A DNA stretch of 64,000 nt. It comes from Candidatus Komeilibacteria bacterium. GTDB lineage: Bacteria > Patescibacteriota > Patescibacteriia > UBA1558 > 2-01-FULL-52-15. The stretch lies in NCBI GenBank assembly GCA_043801745.1, contig JAZDLR010000001.1:24374-88373 (forward strand), given 5' to 3'. Under the pieces are notes generated by a model. It had not been told where the DNA came from and ran no database searches. It saw only the letters and a program-made list of their open reading frames with translations. Below are positions 39,395 to 50,092 of the stretch, in pieces; positions within the stretch are counted from its first letter, which is position 1; each line of letters starts with the position of its first letter. The position numbers and the translations under genes were made by a program.

Positions 39395-40625
39395 GCGAAA
39401 TTATTTTTATTACTCACTACTGACAGCAGTGGTCTTGATCTTACTGCTGCTGACTAAAATCGTTTATAGCTCTGCCAACGATTTATCCCGTTTTTTTACC
39501 ATTCGCTCTGTAGGTGTTGAACATACACTAGTAATTTTTCAAGACGCTGAAACTAAATATGCTGATACCATCTATCTTCCTGGCCGCGGCTGGTATTCTG
39601 ATAAGCCGCCGCTTCTTTCTATTACCGCTGCCGGTATTTTTTTGCTCTTACGTTCACTCGGGATTCTGTCAGATCCGGTTTTAGCATCCAGCGCTAATGC
39701 CAACTATTATATACTGACTTTGATTTTTTCCGGTCTGCCGTTGCTGATTTTTTTCTGGTTGTGGCACCGGGCGCTCAAAAAAATGACTCTAGCAAAACGC
39801 AGCCAAAATTTTTGGCTGCTCTTAGGCGCTGGTGGTACCCTGCTGCTACCCTTTGCCACAATTTTCTCCAATCATGTTATCACCGCTCTCTTAGCTTTTG
39901 TCTCGTTCTATTTAATTATTGCTAAAAAAATAACCAGCAAAACTCTCTGGGCTTTGGGATTACTAGTCGGACTGCTGCCGGCCATTGATGTGCCCTTTGG
40001 TTTTTTTTGGCTTATCATCATTACCCTACTTATTTGGCCGCAGATCAAAAAAAATTACTGGCCCTATCTGATTAGCCTTATTCCCGGAATTATCTTAACT
40101 CTATTTCTTAACTGGCTGACCAGCGGCAACATCTTACCAATGTATCTTGTTGCCAAACAATATTTATCACTGCCGCAAAATAACTGGCGAACTGATCTGA
40201 CAATTCGGCCGCCCTGGCAAATTGTAGTAGACTTCGGACAAGCGTTAGTGGGATTAAAAAAAGGACTATTTGTCTACACTCCCATTTTACTTCTGGGCTT
40301 CTGGGCACTCCTACGCAACACCCGATCATTACTCCTAGGCTATCAGCGTCAGGTCCTTTTTTGGGGTAGTCTGATCTATATCTTCAGCGTTATTGCCCTA
40401 ACCAATGATCTGGGCGGCCAATCCTATGGCCTACGCTGGGCGCTTCCTTTGGTCCCTATTTGGCTCTGGGCCGCAGCTGAATATTGGCCCCAATTAAGCA
40501 CCAAAAGTAAGTATATCTGGGCCATTATTGGTCTTTTCTCCGTCTTGATGTCTATTGGCGGTCTTATTGATCCCTGGCAGTCAACTCAAAATTTTACCTT
40601 GTGGAACCTGGTCGCCAGCCTCTAA
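39387..40625 (+). CDS. hypothetical polytopic membrane protein (GT-C-like glycosyltransferase fold possible)
   Basis: A 412-aa ORF with more than 10 predicted transmembrane helices. Its start overlaps the trmD stop in ATGA. Confidence 0.45.
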   Translation: MTERNYFYYSLLTAVVLILLLLTKIVYSSANDLSRFFTIRSVGVEHTLVIFQDAETKYADTIYLPGRGWYSDKPPLLSITAAGIFLLLRSLGILSDPVLASSANANYYILTLIFSGLPLLIFFWLWHRALKKMTLAKRSQNFWLLLGAGGTLLLPFATIFSNHVITALLAFVSFYLIIAKKITSKTLWALGLLVGLLPAIDVPFGFFWLIIITLLIWPQIKKNYWPYLISLIPGIILTLFLNWLTSGNILPMYLVAKQYLSLPQNNWRTDLTIRPPWQIVVDFGQALVGLKKGLFVYTPILLLGFWALLRNTRSLLLGYQRQVLFWGSLIYIFSVIALTNDLGGQSYGLRWALPLVPIWLWAAAEYWPQLSTKSKYIWAIIGLFSVLMSIGGLIDPWQSTQNFTLWNLVASL

Positions 40626-40660
40626 TCACCTGCCAGCACTTTTACCCTGCCATTCGGGGA

Positions 40661-40701
40661 CTTGTCCCGTTAGAAGCAACGCTTCTAACGGGACTTGACA
40701 A
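40661..40701. repeat. palindromic element, copy 7 (perfect 13-bp arms)
   Basis: ttgtcccgttagaag-caacg-cttctaacgggacttgacaag. Confidence 0.55.
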
Positions 40702-41162
40702 GAGGCCCAACCTTGTCTAAACTGATGCTACTTGCTCTTTGTAGCCCCTTTATCCATCAACATCCATTTCATTTCCTTGAGGCTTGAAACCTCATACCGG
40801 AGTAGCTGCCGGTAACAATCTAATGAGTTGAGAACAAACAGTAGTATCTGTAGCTCGGGTATTTCTGTTTTTTCTTAACGCCGAATCCGTGGCCAAAGGA
40901 TAAATGGAACCTAAATAAATTTCTGACGTTCCGATTCGAAGACCGCGAATGGCGTTAACCCGCCGTATCGAGCTCAGCTCGAGAAGGAGGGTTGTCCGAC
41001 ATTAAACGAACAAGAGAAGAGCACCTTGACAACTGAATCAACAGCAACACCATTAGATAGTGAATAACAATTGAAATGTGACGGTTAATGTCAATTCGTT
41101 GCTGCGTTCTGCGCAGTAACATAACATGAATTTTTTTCGAGCCTACAAGCTCACTCTAACAA

Positions 41163-42775
<1,613 letters not shown>

Positions 42776-42995
42776 AAGGAGATATTGTTCTCTACTTCAC
42801 GGTAGAGAATATTAGTCGAGTCTCTGCAAAGAGATAATTTCATCAGGGCGACCTGGTGGAGACAAGTCTCCCGCCATCGGCGGGAGCAGCATTAGCCGTC
42901 GCATTTTAGTTGTTATAAGTGTTGCAATAAAATAAAATCAGCCGAAAGGGCTGTTTTGTTTTATTTGAAAGGTATATACTTATGTTAGAAAAATA

Positions 42996-43694
42996 ATGAA
43001 ATCGAAAAAAATAGGAAATATATCGCCACCATCAAAACTTCGCTACTTATATTCTTTAATAATAATTGGCGGATCCTGTTTTGCTTTTCTATTTTACAAT
43101 GAATCAATAAGTCATTTCGATCTTAGTCTTGCTGGGGCAGCATTTATCTTAGGGGCTTTATACTTTCTTGGGATCATAAATATAATTTTCTTGATACTAT
43201 CCGTGATGTCCAAACAAAAAGGCAAACCTTATCACCTAGCATTTGCTATTTGCTTGGTCCTGCTTATTATTTTTTTCATGCAGTGTCTGAATCAAATCCG
43301 TGACTTTAAAAATATAGCAATTAAAAGCGACAATGATAAAGAAGAATACATAAATGCATCTATTTCTGCTGATAAGGCAAGCCTCTTATCCGATTGTAAT
43401 GGTATGCAACAATATTCGCAAGAAATCTGGCAAAGATGTATTAATAGAACCCTGAGCAACAAATCTCAACTAACTGAATGTAAAGATCAAGTGGGAAATT
43501 CCGAGGGTATGAATTACAGCAACAATCTAAATGACGCAACCAAGGGTGCGCCTCTTTACGTTTACTGCTACGGGGCCTTAGCGCTTAATCAAAACAATCC
43601 CTCTATCTGTGATCAATTATCCGTTAAAGGATCCGATAATAACCAGAATGTTCAATACTGTCGGTGGTATTATTCTAATTATCATGAGAAGTAG
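42996..43694 (+). CDS. hypothetical membrane protein, strongly AT-rich, with a Cys-rich C-terminal domain
   Basis: A 232-aa ORF with transmembrane helices near the N-terminus and GC well below the window average. Confidence 0.45.
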   Translation: MKSKKIGNISPPSKLRYLYSLIIIGGSCFAFLFYNESISHFDLSLAGAAFILGALYFLGIINIIFLILSVMSKQKGKPYHLAFAICLVLLIIFFMQCLNQIRDFKNIAIKSDNDKEEYINASISADKASLLSDCNGMQQYSQEIWQRCINRTLSNKSQLTECKDQVGNSEGMNYSNNLNDATKGAPLYVYCYGALALNQNNPSICDQLSVKGSDNNQNVQYCRWYYSNYHEK

Positions 43695-44091
43695 CCGGCA
43701 TCATTATTATATTCAAAGACAAAAAAACAGCCGCCGAGGCTGATTTTTTTGTTATTCAATATACTTGCCAAATGTGAGTTAATTTGTTATTATCACCGCC
43801 GTATCTTTAACATTTTATCGCATTTTATTTGAAATGGGCGCCCCTCTCCCTCGGCAAGCTCGGGATCGGGGCAGGCTCCGCGAATTTAGGATGTAGGCAT
43901 GTGGTGGGCGCGTAGCTTCCGCCTTCGCTGAAGCTTCGGCGGACGTAGCAGGTGATTATATCAAAAATAAAGCGCGCCTGCCCCGCACGAGCCGGGCGAG
44001 TTGCGGGGTCACTGACCCGCCTGCCAAAGTACGAACATTTCAAATAGGTCACATAATAACGGAAGTATCGTGATTATTGTCGGTCACTGGT

Positions 44092-44168
44092 GGGCGCGTA
44101 GCTCAGGTGGTTAGAGCGCGTCACTGATAATGACGAGGTCGATGGTTCGAGTCCATCCGCGCCCACCA
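44092..44168 (+). tRNA. tRNA-Ile (anticodon GAU)
   Basis: GGGCGCGTAGCTCAGGTGGTTAGAGCGCGTCACTGATAATGACGAGGTCGATGGTTCGAGTCCATCCGCGCCCACCA. Confidence 0.9.
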
Positions 44169-44295
44169 GTGGTTGATAATAGTGATACTTCGTACGGCGG
44201 TAAACGAAGGACACCGCAAGGCTCCTTCTCGGCTAGCTCGAAGTTGCCAACGGGTCAGGCTGAAAATCCAAAACATTTCTCTGGTGCCATATTGA

Positions 44296-44370
44296 GCCGA
44301 GGTAGCTCAGTGGTAGAGCGAAGGACTGAAAATCCTTGCGTCGGCAGTTCAATTCTGCCCCTCGGCACCA
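44296..44370 (+). tRNA. tRNA-Phe (anticodon GAA)
   Basis: GCCGAGGTAGCTCAGTGGTAGAGCGAAGGACTGAAAATCCTTGCGTCGGCAGTTCAATTCTGCCCCTCGGCACCA. Confidence 0.9.
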
Positions 44371-44434
44371 GAGAAATGTCGAGGATACTTGCGCTGTGCC
44401 CGGCCGAAGCCGAGTAGCAACGAGGCGAAGGCGG

Positions 44435-44470
44435 GTCGGCAGTTCAATTCTGCCCCTCGGCACCAGAGAA
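44435..44470 (+). repeat. 36-nt direct duplicate of the tRNA-Phe 3' end (T-arm, acceptor and trailer), 59 nt downstream of the gene
   Basis: gtcggcagttcaattctgcccctcggcaccagagaa at 44340-44375 is repeated exactly at 44435-44470. Confidence 0.7.
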
Positions 44471-44487
44471 GTTTTATCAATCTATTT

Positions 44488-44564
44488 CGGGGATTGGCGC
44501 AGTTGGCTAGCGCGCCTGCTTTGGGAGCAGGAGGCCACCAGTTCGAGTCTGGTATCCCCGACCA
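44488..44564 (+). tRNA. tRNA-Pro (anticodon UGG)
   Basis: CGGGGATTGGCGCAGTTGGCTAGCGCGCCTGCTTTGGGAGCAGGAGGCCACCAGTTCGAGTCTGGTATCCCCGACCA. Confidence 0.9.
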
Positions 44565-44569
44565 CCGTC

Positions 44570-44884
44570 ATGACTTTCTACGACCAGGTTTATCATCTGA
44601 CTAAAAAAATCCCCCGTGGCCGCGTGGCTTCGTATGGTCAAATCGCCAGCTTAATTTCTACGCCGCGCGCGGCACGTGTAGTCGGTTGGTGCCTACACGT
44701 TATGGATAATGATTCGGCTCTGCCCTGGCACCGAGTTATTAATAGCAAAGGATACATCTCCACCACTTGCGAAACGCATCCGGCTGATCTACAGGCAGCA
44801 CTTTTAAAAAAAGAAGGGATTAAAGTAACTCGTAAAGATAATCTTTGGTGGATAGATATGAAGCAGTATCAATGGAAACCGTAG
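44570..44884 (+). CDS. alkyltransferase-like protein (MGMT/Ogt DNA-binding domain with Trp in place of the acceptor Cys)
   Basis: YGQIASLISTPRAARVVGWCLHVMDNDSALPWHRVINSKG has PWHRV where MGMT has PCHRV, which marks the ATL subfamily. The start lies 5 nt after tRNA-Pro; the ORF-track start at 44336 runs through two tRNAs. Confidence 0.7.
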   Translation: MTFYDQVYHLTKKIPRGRVASYGQIASLISTPRAARVVGWCLHVMDNDSALPWHRVINSKGYISTTCETHPADLQAALLKKEGIKVTRKDNLWWIDMKQYQWKP

Positions 44885-44993
44885 CAGTTGACAGTTGCCC
44901 GCCACGACTCGCCGTCTTTGGCGAGGCGGGTAAGTTGAAAGTTGATAGTATATCCCTTCTGACAACTTACAACTTAAACCTAACATCTAACAG

Positions 44994-45067
44994 GCGGGTA
45001 TCGTATACTGGTATTACCTCAGCTTTCCAAGCTGATGAAAGGGGTTCGATTCCCCTTACCCGCTCCA
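44994..45067 (+). tRNA. tRNA-Gly (anticodon UCC)
   Basis: GCGGGTATCGTATACTGGTATTACCTCAGCTTTCCAAGCTGATGAAAGGGGTTCGATTCCCCTTACCCGCTCCA. Confidence 0.85.
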
Positions 45068-45167
45068 AGGTAAATGTAGGATCCTTGTAAACAGCTGGAT
45101 TAGTTAGACATCATCTCATCGCTGCGGGACAAGCTGATGACAGTTCTCAGTAACAATAAAACCAATT

Positions 45168-45569
45168 ATGAACACTATTTACAAATTACGGATAATAAAA
45201 ATTATTGCCTGGATAATGGCGATATTTTCGATCCTACCACTTATGACAATTGCCATGATTTTAGTTGGGAAAATTCCAATTATTGATCCTTGGTCAAAAT
45301 GGATTGAAATACATTCACAGGCTTGGTTGTTTTTATACTTCTTAATAGGTGGCATTGGCATTATAAAAGGTAATAAATTGGCGGTATATTTTTCCTTCTT
45401 TTTCGGTGCCTATATTTTATGTGAGGCTTTCTTATTAGCCGTCATTGCTCTTCATACCGGATTTGCACCGATCTATCCTTGGTTTCGGCTTGTTACAAAC
45501 TTTGTGTTTGGTTTGGGGAGTGTCTATATTTTTTACAATAAAAGGCTATTAGATAAAACAGTTAATTAA
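45168..45569 (+). CDS. hypothetical small membrane protein (AT-rich, 4 predicted transmembrane helices)
   Basis: A 133-aa hydrophobic ORF. Confidence 0.4.
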   Translation: MNTIYKLRIIKIIAWIMAIFSILPLMTIAMILVGKIPIIDPWSKWIEIHSQAWLFLYFLIGGIGIIKGNKLAVYFSFFFGAYILCEAFLLAVIALHTGFAPIYPWFRLVTNFVFGLGSVYIFYNKRLLDKTVN

Positions 45570-46009
45570 CTGTTTGCTTTCGACTTCGCTACTTAATTAT
45601 GGCGACCCCCAGCGGTCTTTTTTTATTTCCCTGTGGATAAACATCCCCTTTCTCCTTTCTTCTTACTTCTTTCTTCCATTCATCCGCTAACCTCAGCCGC
45701 TTGCTTATCTGAATCAATATGCTATATTAACTATGTAAGTAAGCCGTACCTTGCATCAAGAGAAATGACTGTACAACAGTCACCAACCTCGAGCTTAGCT
45801 CGAAACCAAAGCGCACCGACTATTTGCTAGTCATAAAGATATTCCCCCCGACCCCCACCTCCTCCTTCCCTCTCCATCACCCATTCTCCAACCACAATAT
45901 CTTTTCCCTAGCAAACCATCCGGCGCGCTTTTCTCTTTTATAGATGCGCAGTAAATCGGCAGCAGCCTCCATTATTGGGGCTCTTTTTTTATGTTATACT
46001 AAAAGAACT

Positions 46010-46384
46010 ATGAAAAACATCCTCATCCTCGAAGATGAGCCCTCACTGTCGAAAAGTTTAAGTCAGACATTAAAACGGGCCAAATTCGCCGTCACCGCTG
46101 TTGCCAATGGCCGCGACGGTTTAACTGCAGCCGAAGCTCATCATCCCGATCTGATTATTCTGGATATTCTCATGCCAATTATGGACGGTCTTACTGTTTT
46201 ACGGGAACTGAGACAAAAGCCCTGGGCCAAAAAAATCCCCGTCATCATTCTTTCCAACTTAACGCTTAATGAAAAACAGCTGAAAGAATTTACGCAAAGG
46301 CCGCATGCTCAATATTTGGTAAAAGCAGACACTAAATTGAAAGATATTGTTAACGCCGTCAAAAAACTGACTGCCGAAAAATAG
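46010..46384 (+). CDS. single-domain response regulator (CheY-like receiver)
   Basis: MKNILILEDEPSL...DLIILDILMPIMDGLTVLRELR...KIPVIILSN. The phospho-acceptor Asp lies in DLIILDI, and the ATG at 46010 follows an extended -10 sequence tgttatact. Confidence 0.7.
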   Translation: MKNILILEDEPSLSKSLSQTLKRAKFAVTAVANGRDGLTAAEAHHPDLIILDILMPIMDGLTVLRELRQKPWAKKIPVIILSNLTLNEKQLKEFTQRPHAQYLVKADTKLKDIVNAVKKLTAEK

Positions 46385-46536
46385 AACTCTTTCCAAAATA
46401 TTTTAGCCCGCTATACTACCTTCACAGCTGCAGGTATAGTTTCCGCCAGAGGCGGACCCGCCTCTGGCGGGCAAGGGTAAAACCTGTCTTTCCCAAAAAA
46501 ATGTCGTCTTGCCTTTGGCGGGATCGCCCAAAACAC

Positions 46537-46610
46537 GCGGGATTAGTACAATGGTAGTATGTTGGCTTCCCAAGCCAAAGACGCGAGTCCGATTCTCGTA
46601 TCCCGCTCCA
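46537..46610 (+). tRNA. tRNA-Gly (anticodon CCC), with an atypical T-loop TCCGATT
   Basis: GCGGGATTAGTACAATGGTAGTATGTTGGCTTCCCAAGCCAAAGACGCGAGTCCGATTCTCGTATCCCGCTCCA. Confidence 0.75.
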
Positions 46611-46730
46611 TCCTTCGCTTCGCAGAGCGAAGCTACGGATGGCCTTCGGCCATGCGTAGTGACGAAGTCAACGAAGGATGCCCGCCGAAGCCTTGGCGAA
46701 GGCGGGCTATCTATCATTAAACCCAATCAT

Positions 46731-47126
46731 ATGTTGTCAAAAAAAATATTAATTATTCTAGCCGTAATAGTTATACTAGCTGCTGCTGTTCTGGCCCTCC
46801 GCTTCCTGAGCGGACCGGAAGATACTTGGCTGTGCGTCAATAATGCTTGGGTCAAACATGGTAATCCCAGTCAAACCCAGCCGCCAGCAACGGGCTGTGG
46901 TGACACATCAGCCAATCAAAATACTTCCGTGCCAACCGCTGCTGATGCTAGATGTGAGTGTACGAAAGCTCTAGCCGGAAGCACCGGTTATTGGTATGAT
47001 CCTGAATCGGGCAACTGCTGGTCAGCGCAACAACAAAAATTCTGCCAACCGAATTTTACTACCCAAGCCGAATGCCTAAAGACTTGCGGTAACTTATGGA
47101 AAAAAGCCCACGGATCGAGTCAATAA
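46731..47126 (+). CDS. hypothetical small Cys-rich exported protein with a signal/anchor sequence
   Basis: MLSKKILIILAVIVILAAAVLAL followed by 10 Cys in 100 aa. The ORF-track start at 46509 crosses tRNA-Gly. Confidence 0.45.
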   Translation: MLSKKILIILAVIVILAAAVLALRFLSGPEDTWLCVNNAWVKHGNPSQTQPPATGCGDTSANQNTSVPTAADARCECTKALAGSTGYWYDPESGNCWSAQQQKFCQPNFTTQAECLKTCGNLWKKAHGSSQ

Positions 47127-47183
47127 TAGAATACCGAAACTGACAAGAAACCGCAGCCGATTCATGTTATACTAAAGGCATCT

Positions 47184-48734
47184 ATGCTAAAACAATATTT
47201 GAATAAAATCCTTACCGCTGCCTTAATCATTCCACTGGTCCAAACCTCGGCCATCAGTTTAAGCTTAAGTACGCAGATGAAGGGTAAAATTCTATTGCAG
47301 GTGGAATCCCACGGCGAAGCCTGGTATGTCTTACCTACTGATGGTAAGCGCTATTACCTCAAAGATGGTGCTACTGCCTACTCTGCCTTGCGCGCCTTTG
47401 GTCTGGGTATATCTAATGCCAACATTGCTAAAATTCCGGTTGGCTTAGAGCCACGATTCCAGGACACCGACACTGATGGTGATAGTCTGCCGGATCAACT
47501 GGAAGATGCCATTGGCACCAAAAAGGATAATGCCGACACTGATGGGGATAGTTTTAACGACGGACAAGAAATTACCAATAGCTACAATCCTTTGGGTGCA
47601 GGGAAACTCACTTTTGACAGCAAATTAATCAATCAAGTTAAAGGTAAAATTTTACTGCAAACCGAAGCGCACGGCGAAGCCTGGTATGTCCGGCCTGATG
47701 ATGGTAAACGGTATTATATGAAAAATGGCGAAGCAGCTTTCCAAATAATGCGTTTCTTAAGTCTTGGTATTACTAATGTCAATTTGAATAAGATAGCTGT
47801 CGGTACTATCGCCGGAGCTACTCCAACTTCAACCACAACACCAAATCCCACAACTCCAACACCTTTGCCTCTTTCTTCCGACGCCTACCGTAATTATGCT
47901 TTGGCTGTTTGTTATGCCCGTACTCATGCCGCCGCCCTTAACACTTTCCCCAGCGGATCACTACGTAACGACATGCAAACGGCTATCGATGACCAAAGCC
48001 AAACCTGCAACGAATTCACTACTGAGGAAATTAATGGCATTGCCGGCCTGCTAAATACTGACAGTGATTCTGATGGAGTTAATGCTTTACTGGAACAATA
48101 CTATGGAACTTCAGATACCAAAGCTGATACTGATGGAGATGGTGTCAAAGACTTACAGGAAATTCAACTTACCAGCGATCAATACACCTGGAATACAGCT
48201 GCCGATCAGGTTAAGTATGAAGGACTATTAGCTTCAACATCGTGGCAGCCACTTACGATGAAAAATCGTATTGATGGCTTAACTTTTGCCGACAGCCAAA
48301 TCAATGCACTTAGCGGAGATGGAATAAAAATAATAACGCTAGCAACACAGAGTAATGCCGGCTGCTTCACCATCAGTAAAACCTCAGGTTATCTTCGCTT
48401 TGAAGGAAAAACTGATTGCGCCACCGGCTACTGGCTACAAGCTACCGGCTCGCTAATGGATCTCAAAATTACCACTCCAACTCTTCTTAAAAGCACTTTT
48501 GCTCCGGTGAGTACTCCGTCTGAAGCCGCCGCTTTTGTAGCAGCGATTACTCCCGGGCTAGATGTTGATGCTGGTGACGCGCCCAAGGGTAAAGTCCTAA
48601 CACTTGATGACGGTTATTTAGTCCAACTTTCAGTAGTGAAAACTCTCGGTTTTAGCCACGCGCCTCAAAAGGTTATCTATAAGGTATCAACTGATGGAAC
48701 TGTCCAAAGTCTGGCTTACGAACGCGTAGATTAG
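47184..48734 (+). CDS. hypothetical secreted protein with duplicated about 55-aa modules and thrombospondin-type-3-like DxDxDG calcium-binding repeats
   Basis: A signal peptide. KGKILLQ(V/T)E(S/A)HGEAWYV.PDGKRYY occurs twice, and the repeats DTDGDSLPD, DTDGDSFNDG, DSDGVNA and DTDGDGVKD are present. Confidence 0.5.
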   Translation: MLKQYLNKILTAALIIPLVQTSAISLSLSTQMKGKILLQVESHGEAWYVLPTDGKRYYLKDGATAYSALRAFGLGISNANIAKIPVGLEPRFQDTDTDGDSLPDQLEDAIGTKKDNADTDGDSFNDGQEITNSYNPLGAGKLTFDSKLINQVKGKILLQTEAHGEAWYVRPDDGKRYYMKNGEAAFQIMRFLSLGITNVNLNKIAVGTIAGATPTSTTTPNPTTPTPLPLSSDAYRNYALAVCYARTHAAALNTFPSGSLRNDMQTAIDDQSQTCNEFTTEEINGIAGLLNTDSDSDGVNALLEQYYGTSDTKADTDGDGVKDLQEIQLTSDQYTWNTAADQVKYEGLLASTSWQPLTMKNRIDGLTFADSQINALSGDGIKIITLATQSNAGCFTISKTSGYLRFEGKTDCATGYWLQATGSLMDLKITTPTLLKSTFAPVSTPSEAAAFVAAITPGLDVDAGDAPKGKVLTLDDGYLVQLSVVKTLGFSHAPQKVIYKVSTDGTVQSLAYERVD

Positions 48735-48753
48735 CCAAAAAATTTGACTTTTG

Positions 48754-48788
48754 CCACCCGGCAGATCTTTGTCGGGTGGTTTTTTTGT
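48754..48788 (+). terminator. rho-independent terminator
   Basis: ccacccggcagatctttgtcgggtgg followed by ttttttttg. Confidence 0.6.
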
Positions 48789-48961
48789 TTAATAATAAGC
48801 CTTAACCATCTTAGATGAACTATTTTAAGGGCTTGACCCTGTTTCAAGCATCTGTAAAAAACTTCTAATGGGGTTGACATCGGTATTGACAAAATAAGCC
48901 AGATGTGATAAAAGGATTAATCGATTCGCTATATGCGAATCTTTTTTATTAGAGAAAGCCT

Positions 48962-49492
48962 ATGAAATATTTCCGTTCGACAATAAAAAGGCAGATTATT
49001 AAAAAAGCCAAATATTGGCTAGTTTTAGCTAGTTTCTCTACTATTCTATTCCCCCACGCTGCTTTAGCAGGTTATAACGGGGCTATTTTGATTGATAATG
49101 GTCCGGTGCCAATAGTCGCCCTGTCGCTCTGGCCTAATTATGCCCAACAATTTGATACCACCGAACCAATACAGACCAAAAGGGTTACCGTAACTGCTTA
49201 TAACAGTGAGGTAGGCCAGACTGACGATTCTCCTTTTATTACCGCCTTTGGTACCTATGTCCGGGACGGAATAGTGGCCACCAATGACTTGCCGCGCGGT
49301 ACCCGCGTGCGCTTTCCGGAAACATTTGGTACCAAAATTTTTACAGTAGAAGACCGCATGAACCGTCGCTATACCGGCACTGGCCGAGCTGATATTTGGA
49401 TGGCCAGCAAGAAAGATGCTATTACTTTCGGTGCCCGTAAACTCACCATGGAAGTTTTGCCGGCGACTGTGGTTCTAGCCGACAACGAATAA
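48962..49492 (+). CDS. 3D-domain (MltA/YocH-like) cell-wall-associated protein
   Basis: TAYNSEVGQTDDSPFITAFGT...GIVATNDLPRGTRVRFPE...TVEDRMNRRYTGTGRADIWM carries the three conserved Asp of the 3D domain. Confidence 0.6.
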   Translation: MKYFRSTIKRQIIKKAKYWLVLASFSTILFPHAALAGYNGAILIDNGPVPIVALSLWPNYAQQFDTTEPIQTKRVTVTAYNSEVGQTDDSPFITAFGTYVRDGIVATNDLPRGTRVRFPETFGTKIFTVEDRMNRRYTGTGRADIWMASKKDAITFGARKLTMEVLPATVVLADNE

Positions 49493-49505
49493 ATCAAATT
49501 CTAAA

Positions 49506-49553
49506 AACCGCCCGGCACTACTCGTCTGACAGAGTAAAGCTGGGCGGTTTTTT
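49506..49553. terminator. bidirectional terminator
   Basis: aaaaccgcccgg...ctgggcggtttttt. Confidence 0.55.
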
Positions 49554-49564
49554 GATTGTCCGAA

Positions 49565-50092
49565 CTACTTTAAATCTTTCCGCAAATCCTCTAATACATT
49601 CCGGAAATTCGGGAAAGCTAAATTTGGAGGAAGATTATCCAGAGGAAACCATTCTAGAGCATCAACGTCATCATCGGCTTTTATGTCTCCTTCAATTGTA
49701 CCCCGATAGGCCAAAAGTAGCACTGATGTTTTCAAACCGCCAAAATGATACCAACTATGCACCGCGGTTAATAACTTCAAAGGAGTAAATTCCACATGCA
49801 TTTCTTCCCTAATCTCCCGCTTAATGGCTGCCACCGGATCCTCGCCCCAATCGACAAATCCACCCGGCGGACCCCAAGTACCTTTATCCGGCTCCTTAGC
49901 TCGGCGCGCTAACAAAACCTGCAACTTTGTATTCACTATTAATACCCCCACGGTCGCTTTGGGGTTTTGATAAAAAGAATAGCCACACTGCCAGCAGTGT
50001 AAACAATTATCCGCAATATCTTCCGGCCGATATTTTACCCCGCACTTCGGACAATATTTAAAAAAATCTTTGGGCGTCAGCGACGAATTCAT
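49565..50092 (-). CDS. NUDIX hydrolase with an N-terminal zinc ribbon (NudC-like architecture)
   Basis: CPKCGVKY...CLHCWQCGYSF zinc ribbon plus the NUDIX box GGFVDWGEDPVAAIKREIREEMHVE. Confidence 0.7.
   Translation of the reverse strand: MNSSLTPKDFFKYCPKCGVKYRPEDIADNCLHCWQCGYSFYQNPKATVGVLIVNTKLQVLLARRAKEPDKGTWGPPGGFVDWGEDPVAAIKREIREEMHVEFTPLKLLTAVHSWYHFGGLKTSVLLLAYRGTIEGDIKADDDVDALEWFPLDNLPPNLAFPNFRNVLEDLRKDLK

Noticed and set aside
42776-44090. 23S/5S rRNA or tRNA-Ala downstream of 16S
   Set aside because: None is present. The region encodes a protein gene and GC-rich hairpins, so the 16S is treated as unlinked.
44336-44884. ORF-track CDS 44336..44884 (182 aa) and 44389..44604
   Set aside because: The N-terminal two thirds read through tRNA-Phe, its duplicated 3' end and tRNA-Pro. 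Only the part from the ATG at 44570 (the ATL domain) is plausible coding sequence.
46403-47126. ORF-track CDS 46509..47126 (plus strand) and 46403..46726 (minus strand)
   Set aside because: They span tRNA-Gly(CCC) and its GC-rich hairpin field. The plus-strand gene is truncated to the ATG at 46731, and the minus-strand ORF is treated as spurious.
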